Shown piece after piece: positions 52,675-64,000 of a stretch of DNA of 64,000 nt; the stretch's first letter is position 1, and each line of letters begins with the position of its first letter. Under the pieces are notes generated by a model. The model searched no databases and was not told the DNA's origin. It worked only from the letters and a program-made list of their open reading frames with translations. The position numbers were made by a program, and so were the translations under genes. The stretch covers positions 143,778,001-143,842,000 of the forward strand of contig NC_043000.1 of the NCBI RefSeq assembly GCF_006345805.1. The letters are read 5' to 3'. The stretch comes from Octopus sinensis (taxonomy: Eukaryota).

Positions 52675-54382
52675 CATATATATTGATAGAAAGATAGATA
52701 GATATGTTGACGTGTGTGTATTTGTGTGTTTTAAGCATGTGTGTGTGCATGCGTGTGCGCGTTTGTGCATGTATATCCTCCATTCAGTTTTCTTCCATTC
52801 CTTCAAAATTAGTAAAGAATATATTGAAGAAATGATAAGATTTTCCTCAAATTATTTCAAGAGATGTGGTCATCGTTATAACCACTGAGTCGGTTTCAAT
52901 TCACGGTTAAAAACGTGCAGTATTACTAAAGGAGATAATGTTCTTAGGGAAGGAATCATCATTCAGCACTGTGAATATATTTTAATCTAATTTCAGATTT
53001 ACTACTTTGAAAAATGTTCAGGACAATGGAAAACATTTTTCGTAACAATTTTGATGCTAAGAAAATGATTACATACACAAATGTCAACACACAACTACAC
53101 ACACCTGCATACAAAAACATTTGTTTCAGAAACTTTGTGTATGCATGTGTATAAATGTAGCTTTGTTTCAGTACCAATCCTCCCGAATCTTTTAAAATGT
53201 AGACAACAATTGAATGAAAGACTTCTTATCTTAATTAAATTATAAAAAAAAAACTTTTCTTTGATGTAACAATCCTACGAAGTTGCCTAAAATTAATCTG
53301 TATATAAAAGTATTATTTATCCACTAAACTCTTCTGCAGTTCATGGAAGATTGCGCATCTATAATTGGTCAAATGAACACCAATTTGATAAGTTCAATAC
53401 TCATCGCCAGCATGATATCAGAGCCGGAAACACCGGGACTCTACTCTAAATATGTACTGTAAAATAACTTCCAAGTGCAATCCGTTGCACACAATCCAGT
53501 GAAATGTATTATTTTGAAAATGTTGTGACCCTGTCTGCGTGGAAGACTATTTACTGGTACGTTCTGAGCTTGTTGTTCGTCACCTGTGTTAAAATGGCCG
53601 TCAAAACATTTTAAATAATCAAATCTTGATCTCAATCCGATTCATATATGCATTACACCCAAGGGAATTTTTGTTACATTTTTACAGACACGAGGGAAAT
53701 TTAAATAGCACCGATCGATAACGCCCCTTACTATTGTCAACTTACATTGTTTAATGAAGTGTTAACATGGCTTACGCATTTATATATTCGAGGCTTTATT
53801 ACTGCATCTGGCAATTAACAACTGTTGACTTGCAATCATGTTTTTTTTAAACATATCTCTTATAGTTCAAAATAATAATGTTATATGCATTTCTCTGTCG
53901 TCATACATAACAGAAATCATGATGGTAGAAATATATTAAAGAGATTATGCACGAAAAAGGTTACAGAAAACGATCAGTAATCGGGCTGCAGTAATGGATG
54001 AACGTTTAGAACCTTAGCAAGAATAATTCCTCCTATAGAATGTAGCCATCCTATATTTCATATTGACGAGATACAGACAAGTGTATATGTACACATTTTT
54101 TCGGCCCTATTTTTTCCTTTAATGAAGCATTGGCATCCGATACGGCAATATGATTACCTTTCTTTTTAAAGTTAATCTACTAGAATTTGTATTACATTTC
54201 TTTCTTTACTTCTTTATAATACATTTTACTGCATATATACATATATATGTTCGCATACATACACACAGACACACACAAACAAACATACAATCAAAAACAC
54301 ATATATACATGCACACACATTTACATACCTGCATTATTACTATATACACACACAAATACATATATACATGCACACACACACA

Positions 54383-54459
<77 letters not shown>

Positions 54460-55875
54460 GTCTCTTTAAATACTTTTAATGCAGTTTTCAGTGTTGCGTT
54501 ATTTTTGTTAGTATAGAGATATCTGGTTTGTAATAATCTAGCTCTAAATGTTATCAAAATTATCAATATCAAATTAATGTGATAGAGTTTTGATATATTT
54601 AACTGATTTTTTAAATTAAATTTATACATTATAGACTAATTATTTAAGTAGTTAGAAGACTACATAAAATGTCTATTACTAGATCCACTTTCGAGTTTGA
54701 AAATCAAATAATAAATAGTCTATAGAAATCTTAGTGCACGGTATCATCTAATAAGTTTTATATGTAGTAAGACCGCTACATAGCAACGCTATATATATAA
54801 ATAATGCAAATAATACAAATCTAGAAGTAGATTGCATAGATTTATAACAGTAAGCTTTTCTCCTGGATCTGCAGGAAAATATTTAGTAAAGGCATCATTT
54901 TCTGATAAAATGCTAAAATATGAAAACAATTGCAAATGGGAATCATAGCTGAAAACAGAGATTCAGCTTGAAAATTAAATACAATTTTCAGTGTATTTAT
55001 TAACACACAATTTCAATTTCGCTAATTTTTCCCCCTTTTACGCAATGCATTTTATTATTCCGCTCCTTGCAAATTGTGATATTGTGCCGCAATATTTCTT
55101 TTGTAAATGCCATATTGAAAAGGCAATACTGAGTCACGGTCTTGGCTTGACCCGACGTTACATATTTATCTATGGTGAAAATAAACCTAGATTAATCTTA
55201 CATCTTCAAAATATATGGCAGGTGCTTGTTTAATACAAACTTATATTCGTAAGGAAGTGAAATAATTAGAATAGAAGATTTCTAATTGAAGCAAACAAAA
55301 GTAAATGAATTAGAAAACAAAATTCCTTATAGAAAGAGGAATAACTGAGAAATGAATGAAAGTATGGTTGTTCTATTGTCAAGTTATGCGCACTCAACTG
55401 ATTGCCTTTGTAGTAGGGAAACAAATCAATGCAATTTATTCGAACTCGAATTAAGAAAAGATTTATAACAAAATCAAGAAATAATAATTTACATGTTAGT
55501 CTCACTGGTATTCTCAGTAAAATTTGTCCCGTATTCTCGACATATATTTTGAAGGAAAAATAGAGAAGTCAATGATAGCCTAATAAAGTTTTAAAAGATT
55601 TTTCATGGTTTGAAATGTTTTAAATGAATTTTCGTTTCTGGTTCCATTTATTGAGACTAATGTAGATCCTAACTACTACAATTCCATAGACAAATAATAT
55701 ATTCACATATATGAACTCATCGGACTCGCTCAAACATCAGCGAGTTTGCATTAACTCTAGTGTTAATATTTTTGGAGTTATTGACCCTGAAGTGATAAAA
55801 GCAAAAAATAATTTCGCCAAAGACCGAATAATAATATAGAAAACACTCGGCAAAAATAAATAGTATAATAATTAT

Positions 55876-56050
55876 ATTTCCTACTATAGGCACGAGACCT
55901 GGAATTTTGTGGCAGAGGCTTAATCGAATATATCGAACTCAGGGTTTTAACGGAGGGACATTGAAAAGGACTGTCAGCCTTGGCGAATTTTGAACTGAAA
56001 ACGTACTGTAGGATTAGATGCTGTTAATAATTCTGTCAGATCACCGCCTT
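55876..56050 (-). mobile_element. Decayed SINE family D
   Basis: CTACTATAGGCACGAGACCTG...CCTTGGCGAATTTTGAACT...TTCTGTCAGATCACCGCCTT. Confidence 0.6.
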
Positions 56051-56103
56051 GGTGATGATAATGGATGATGAAGAGGAGGAGGAACAGGAGGAGGAGGGGA
56101 CGT

Positions 56104-56135
<32 letters not shown>

Positions 56136-56771
56136 TTGATAATGATGATGACGGTAGTAATAATAATATCAATAATAATAACAATAGATAATTATAATAT
56201 AAAGAGCTCTCTCGAGAGGGAAACAGGGAGAGAGAGAGAGAGAGGGTGTTGGGTGTTAAAGCGGGTAACTTCTGCAACTAGCATATGTGTTTTGTATCGA
56301 AATGTTGTTGCTTTTAAAATGCATCGAAATACCGTTTCACTTCAACATACAAACGTCTGCAAATTCTCTACACTCTCTTACTATTAACGTCGCCGACAAC
56401 CGCAACTTTAATTTCCACGTGCTTCCGAGTATATCGGCGATAAAGAGTTGATTCCATGAATTATATATTTTCATTAGAAAACTTTTGCTTGTATAATGAG
56501 GACATCAAGATAATCGAGATAAGTACTTCGATCTAATGTTTATTTTTGAGTATATTTGGAGGAATTATATTATATTGTCGTGAGGGATATTAACGTATGT
56601 GAATGTATACGTTAAAGACAAATATATTTACATAGATAAATATATAAGTTTATAAGTGTGCATGCAAAGATTACTTTGACAGTGACGTTCACTCTTTCAA
56701 TTTTCGTTTTAAAGATTCAAATTATCCCGTATGACTGTGTCTTGCAATTTTGTATGAATTTAAACACATAA

Positions 56772-56837
<66 letters not shown>

Positions 56838-59446
56838 GTGTGTGTATGTATATATATGTATGTATGATTGTATGTATATATATATATATGTATGTTTATG
56901 TATGTATGCATGTATACATACATGTATATACATATATGTCTGTGGTAAGTGTATGTGTATGATTGTGTTTACGTATATACATGTCTTTATAATCATTTTT
57001 AACACGGAATTATTTATTTTAGTAGTATAGCTGTTTTTTGTCAAGTGTTATTCGATATGTCTCGTCTAAATGCTTGCCATCATCTGAAGTAAAGCCAATT
57101 ACAAATCAAGTCACGCAAAGTCTCCCTTTTACATTGACATCTGTGATTGCTTTTGCTTGGAAAACTGTCAAATTTACTGGGAATCGATCCAAGCAATAAT
57201 TGCTAAGTCTCCAAGATCATGACAATGGCAAGACAAAAGAAAATACAACAAAAAATTTTAATGAATGGTACGTAAGAATGGAATTAAAATAAGAGCTAAA
57301 GCAAAAATAAAATAAACAATGAAATCGTACGATGAAAAAATATATTATTAAATAATTATTATTAGAATTATAGTCATTGTAAATATCTTTAACTAGCATT
57401 AATGGCTTTATGAATATAACCATTTTACGAGTAATTGTAAATGAAGGCTTAAACAGATAGGAAAGATTGCATGTTTATTGGGTGTTTATTCTGGTAAATA
57501 TCTCTTGTTTTTAAATCTCGATTGGATATTGATTTTCTTTGATAAGTTTAACGAAATTCTGATTGATTAATTAATGTGTTGGTTTCCATTGAATGATAGA
57601 ATGATCGAGTAATTAGTTATTTGAATGTCATTGATTAAATAAGTTGATTGTTGATTAAAGACGGTGTTTGATTTTTTACATGCTTTTGAATGTCTAGGTG
57701 GTGATTGGTTTTCTTGATTAATGATATATTAATTGATTTAATTAAATGACAAATCGCTTGGAATCGAAGTCATATTTAATATCATAATACGTAAAAGAGA
57801 CTCAAATCTATGGGCCATTTCTTCAAAAGCTATATTGTAATAATTTGCACAAATGGTTATTAACAGAATTTTAGAGTATCCGTACGAAATGGGCTGTGAA
57901 AACATTCTCGTTTCACTAAAGATTGAATAGAAACCACTAATTTAAAACAGTACATCGTATTGCAAATTCTAGAAAGGAGGAAAGGGATAACTTTACACTA
58001 GAGATTCATTACTGTCATGAATTTTAAGTAATGAACCGCGTAATGTAAATAGAATTGTAAATGTGTCCCATCCAGTTAAATTTCATAATAACCCCAGAAG
58101 GCTACAATGATAATAATAAAGGTTTTGACAGCTCAGCCACTTTTTCAAATCCCAAGTTTATAAGCATGAATATATTTGCTACACAACTTCAACACATTTC
58201 ACAAAATTCAGAAAGAAAGTATCTCTATTTTTTTTAAATGCGTCCCTAGGGCATTAGGGAAGACTATTCGATTCTGAGTCGATATTGTTCTGTTAATACT
58301 CTTCACTGTAAAGTTATTTGCAAATCGAAAACCACTGCAATTTCAGGAGAACAATGACATATAAATACAAATAACGATTTTAGATGTCAAGGCATTCATG
58401 CCTTTCCTTAAACCACTGGTATTTAAAGCTAATATATATAGCTAATTGAAATGTACTGTACATCAAATGTCACCTCAGGCAATAATAGAAATAGCTGTTT
58501 AAATTTTCAGAAAAAAATGCGTTGCAACTGAAAGGATAAATATCACAGTTTAATAGCAAAAGAACGTTGAAAGAAATATTGTTAAGAATCAGCATTTGAA
58601 CTGCCAAAAACTAAAAACTATGCAAAGCAGTAGACAGACACCTCGTGGCAAAAGACAAGAAAATTAATACAATGTTTAAGAAAGGTTTTCCGATATTGTA
58701 TGTTGGAATTCCAGCTATGTTATGAAGGTGAGATGTATTCAGACTTAACTTTGGCAACGTGATATGCCAATATGTTTGCCGGAACGAAAGTTCAACTTTT
58801 ACAATTCTGAATACTTCATGTGTGGTCATTATATTTATTTTATTTTACTATACGTATTTTTTAGCTTAATTCATTACTTTTTTTTTTTTCTTTCATAATG
58901 ATTAGTTTAAGATTTTGAAAATAATTTGTGTTTTTTTGTTGTTGACTACTGACCTTTTCGTTACAAAAGCCTCAATACACGAAGCCGAACAGTTCGTGTA
59001 AAAATGAGATGTATTAAAATGAATCTGCAACGTGCGTATGATATGTGACTGTTAATGATTTCGAAACTCTAATGAAAATACCGATACAACCGTAGCAAGT
59101 AACGCCACCACCAACGCCAAGAACGCCAACAAAACTAGCAGCATCTCACTAATGCCGCTATAGGTTAAAAAATACTACCAATGAAAGTAGTAACTATTTC
59201 TTTCGATTTTAATAATAACAATGATAATACTTGAATACTCATATGCTTTTTTAAATAGCAACTAAAAGGAAACTAGATTGGCTACGCCCTGCCTTCATAG
59301 ACAGATGCCCAACTGAATAGATTATTTTCCCCGTTCACTTTCTGTAAATGTCCGTATGCACATGAACATAGTTTATTTGAGTATCTACGCGTGTATGCGT
59401 GTGTGTATGCATATACATAGATACATACATACATACATACATACAC

Positions 59447-59492
<46 letters not shown>

Positions 59493-59496
<4 letters not shown>

Positions 59497-59792
59497 AGGC
59501 GCAATGGCCCAGTGATTAAGGCAGCGGACTCGCGGTCGTAGGATCGCGGTTTCGATTCCCAGACCGGGCCTTGTGAGTGTTTATTGAGCAAAAACACCTA
59601 AAAGCTCCACGTGCTCCGGCAGGGGGGGGGGTGATCCCTGCTGTACTCTTCCACCACTCTTTCTCTCACTCTTTCTTCTGTTGGCCTGCTCGCTTAGCCA
59701 GCGGGGTGGCGTCATTTGAAGGCTAAAACAATGCGAACGCATTGTGACCAGCGATGTGTAACAGCATCTGATGGTCTGGTCGGTTACGTGAT

Positions 59793-59799
<7 letters not shown>
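59493..59799 (+). mobile_element. SINE family B, alternative-tail variant, near full length
   Basis: Head nearly identical to 10942; tail ends CACGTGA then (TA)n; inserted after (TG)n. Confidence 0.9.
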
Positions 59800-59841
<42 letters not shown>

Positions 59842-60924
59842 CATACATAAGGAAAGGCAGAGAGATAAAAAACAGCTAGTCAGTAATATAAATAGATATA
59901 TTGATAGATAGGGATGGAAATACAGATTTATATACACATACATATATTCATATAGGCGTGTGTATGTGTGCATGTGTCCGAGAAAGAGTGCGTGGGAGCG
60001 CAAAATTTTGTTCTTAATAGGAAGTAAAGAAATCTAGAAATATTCATTGCGATATATTGCGACTGAATCAAAGGTGTTTTTAAAATCATTTTCGCTTTCA
60101 GAAAAGTTTTCAGATAATCACCTTCGGAAAATAAATAGCCTACGTTTAAATCTTAAACATTTTACTTACTAATATTACATTTTCAATAGAAACACGAGAT
60201 GAATTTTATAAATGTATGTAATTATGTACATACTACACATATAAATTCCATAAAATTCTTGGTAATAGCACTATGTATCCGTACGAAATGGGCTGTGAAT
60301 TTGCAAAGATGTTACAACAGCAGTCAAAATGTAGTACTTGATATGTATGCACAGTGCTTCCATACCCAACAGACATAAATTTCTCTTTTCTCTTCTCTGA
60401 GATAAGAGAAACAAGTAACCTTTGAAGTAACTGATCCACTTTAATGCGGATTGGCTATATAAACAATTATTGTGTATAAAAACGTATTGTGATCTCATTC
60501 AATTCCTGTCTTTTTTCCCGTATATTTTACACGGTCTGTACAAGATATTTCTATGCTATATGTTTCAGTAGTTATGGTATATTATGTATATATATTACAT
60601 ATGTGACACCATACAGTATGTGCCAAACTTACGCTTTACTGTTGAAACAAGATCAAGTTGGGGTACGTTATAACATAGATCTGCTGAATCTGGTGTGGTA
60701 TATATATATATAAATAACAAAAAGAATATCTAAAGGTGATTAGAAATACGAGAATAAGAATACACACGTTGGTATGTGTGCATCTATTCATCTAAAGAAT
60801 CTCAGATGGAATGTGCTACGAATCATTACTCTACAATAGGCAAGGTTTGGAAAATAAGCGTCAGTTTTCACTCTTTCTCCGCAAAACCTGGTGTTTTTAG
60901 GTATATATGTATGTATGTATGTAC

Positions 60925-61047
60925 GTGTCTTGTATTATAGCCCGGGCGGGCCAAAGCCTTATGAGTAGATTTGGTAGACGGAAACTGAAAGATACCCGTT
61001 ATGGGTGTCTGTCTGTCTGTCTGCCTGCCTCTCTCTCTCTCTCTCTG

Positions 61048-61078
<31 letters not shown>

Positions 61079-61300
61079 GGAGAGAGAGAGATGAGCGAGA
61101 GAGAGAGAGGAGCGAGAGAGAGAGAGATGTATGTATTTATGTGTGTATCTGTGTTTCCCCCTACATCGTAATCGCTTGACAATCGATGCCGGTATGTTTA
61201 TGTACACGTAACTTACGGCTTTGGTATGTGACACCAATAGAGTAACTGCTCGGTTTACAAAGACTAATTCCCAGGGAAGATTTCTTCGACTAAAACTCTT
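60925..61300 (+). mobile_element. Decayed SINE family A with expanded internal microsatellite
   Basis: CCAAAGCCTT...GATTTGGTAGACGGAAACTGAAAGA...CGCTTGACAATCGATGCCGG...CGTAACTT. Confidence 0.75.
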
Positions 61301-61410
61301 TGTGTAAGTGTGTATTCACACACACACATACAAGCACACTCACACACACATAGACATATATATGTATGCATATATATATATATATATATTATATATATTA
61401 TATATATATA

Positions 61411-61453
<43 letters not shown>

Positions 61454-61902
61454 AATATGTATATGATTTGAGTGATGCTCCTTCAGTTTACAACATTATA
61501 GATATTTACATAACATTTTTGCATGTAGAAGGGCATCAACATAGATGAAAGGTTTGTTAATGATGACTCTACAAGACACGCACATGCAAACTAATTTAAA
61601 TATGTATTTGCGCACCCCTAGTCGCACCTGTGTGTGTGTATGTGTGTGTCTGTGTGTGTGTGCTAAAATCATCTCCAGTGGCTGCTTTCATGCATTTTAC
61701 TGTTTTGATACATGCAAAATTATACACCTTACGAGGATTCTCTTTGAAGTTGCTGCCACAGCGGACAATTTATTGACATAAAGAAACTATTACTCAAATA
61801 GTGCATGTCATTTTCACATCGCCAAACACATATACAACGGAAAGGCATATAAATATACATATATCTGTGCAAGTGCATATACATTATCTGTTTGTATGTA
61901 TG

Positions 61903-61986
<84 letters not shown>

Positions 61987-61990
61987 TAGA

Positions 61991-63276
61991 TAGATAGATA
62001 GATAAATAAATAGATAGGTAGATAGATACATATATATTCATAAATATATAAACAAATATATGAATATGAATACACATATATATATATATACGTATATATT
62101 ATTGCGTGCTTGTGTGTGTGCACGCTTACACAAGCACAGGTATCAGAATACACACGCGTACATACATAGAACGGTAGAAAGGTAGAAGGAGGGGGAAACT
62201 AAAGATGAAAGTAATAATTAATTAAGGGAAATGATATATTAAAGATTGTATGTTGGGGTGGTTAGAGACAAATCTATTCCTGAGTACACAAACACACAAT
62301 CACATGAATATGTATACGTGTATACACACACATATGTATAAGTGTATATACGCACATTCACATACAAATATATTTACATATATCCGAAACTAATAAAATG
62401 CAGGAGGTTGGTATGCATTATGCAAAAGTTTCTATAGAATATTTATAAGGGAGATGTTAATTGTTAATTAATAAGGATGCTGTCGATACTAGACGAATTA
62501 CTAAGTGCAAATTATCATTCCATATTCAATTACATGTATATTTACTGCTCGTCTGCTAATGCATACCGCTGATTATATAGCCAGATCATAGTAATTTTTA
62601 CGTAATATCTCCATAGGCAAAGTATTTGTCAAAACACAGAATGCATATGAACGAGTAACATTGTCTAATACACATACACACACATACACACTCATCACCT
62701 ATGTAAAATTTTGCTAAACTAATTTACAAAAGTACGTAAATATACCATTGAAATTTCATGTTCGACGAGAATGGAAAAATACAATATATCTATAACTATA
62801 TATCTATATCTTCATATATATATATATGTATGTGCGTGTGTATACATATATATATGCACATACGACACGCACGCACACACATACATACACGTACACACAC
62901 AAATGAACCCACACATACATCCCATGCACACAACACACAATTATACATACACGCACACAATTATAGATACATGTATACACACATACGCACGTACAAGTAC
63001 ACACGCACACATACCTCGTTTGCACTCTCCTGTCTTTGAAAGAACTTTTCTTCACCCATTTCCTTCCGGTCATTCAAAATGTGACCGTGTGTGTAGCGTT
63101 GGCGATATTTTCCCTCTGTCTTCCCTTCTCTGGATCTTTCCTTCTCCTATGTTTCAAACGAAGAGCTCGGCTCGAAACGTTAAACCCTCCTTCTTTCCTG
63201 AGCGTCCAATAATACTATATTTGTTGCACGTCCTCGCGTTGTTGTGTTTTTTGTGCTTTCTTGTTTGGATTAACTT

Positions 63277-63312
<36 letters not shown>

Positions 63313-64000
63313 ATATATAGATAGATAGATAAATAAATAGATAGGTAGATAGATACATATATATTCATAAATATATAAACAAATATATGAATATGAATAC
63401 ACATATATATATATATACGTATATATTATTGCGTGCTTGTGTGTGTGCACGCTTACACAAGCACAGGTATCAGAATACACACGCGTACATACATAGAACG
63501 GTAGAAAGGTAGAAGGAGGGGGAAACTAAAGATGAAAGTAATAATTAATTAAGGGAAATGATATATTAAAGATTGTATGTTGGGGTGGTTAGAGACAAAT
63601 CTATTCCTGAGTACACAAACACACAATCACATGAATATGTATACGTGTATACACACACATATGTATAAGTGTATATACGCACATTCACATACAAATATAT
63701 TTACATATATCCGAAACTAATAAAATGCAGGAGGTTGGTATGCATTATGCAAAAGTTTCTATAGAATATTTATAAGGGAGATGTTAATTGTTAATTAATA
63801 AGGATGCTGTCGATACTAGACGAATTACTAAGTGCAATTATCATTCCATATTCAATTACATGTATATTTACTGCTCGTCTGCTAATGCATACCGCTGATT
63901 ATATAGCCAGATCATAGTAATTTTTACGTATATCTCCATAGGCAAAGTATTTGTCAAAACACAGAATGCATATGAACGAGTAACATTGTCTAATACACAT
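61991..64000 (+). repeat. 1327-bp tandem duplication (second copy starts 63318 and runs off the window)
   Basis: For example ATTGCGTGCTTG at 62101 and 63428; differences seen are single-base indels. Confidence 0.9.
63080..63277 (+). mobile_element. Short (TA)n-tailed element with decayed minimal hammerhead (63151-63185)
   Basis: GTTT-CAAACGA-A-GAGCTCGGCTC-GAAA-CGT-T-AAAC; homologue of 25998-26205. Confidence 0.65.

Noticed and set aside
52880-52972. Minus-strand CTGAATGA...GAAACCGACTC hammerhead-like motif
   Set aside because: Core has an insertion and stem I does not pair; not supportable.

Overview
AT-rich eukaryotic non-coding DNA dense in microsatellites. The SINE families look like those of octopus/coleoid cephalopods (inferred from sequence recognition, not from a search). 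No intact protein-coding gene is supported; almost all ORFs in the track are translations of (TA)n/(CA)n/trinucleotide repeats or SINEs. The window holds several tRNA-derived SINE families, two mariner-type MITEs, and relics of Chapaev3-like, mariner, CR1/L2 and Penelope-like elements. The most notable content is a set of type I hammerhead ribozyme (HHR) motifs, mostly nested in (TA)n tracts. Two non-coding tandem arrays with largely unrelated sequence (about 469-bp unit x2.8 at 18071-19382; about 498-bp unit x1.7 at 42761-43612) carry one HHR per unit, the architecture expected of retrozyme-like, circRNA-producing elements. Each array is followed by a palindromic mini-element with back-to-back minimal HHR motifs, and several more decayed HHR elements occur elsewhere. 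Ribozyme activity and expression are predictions only.
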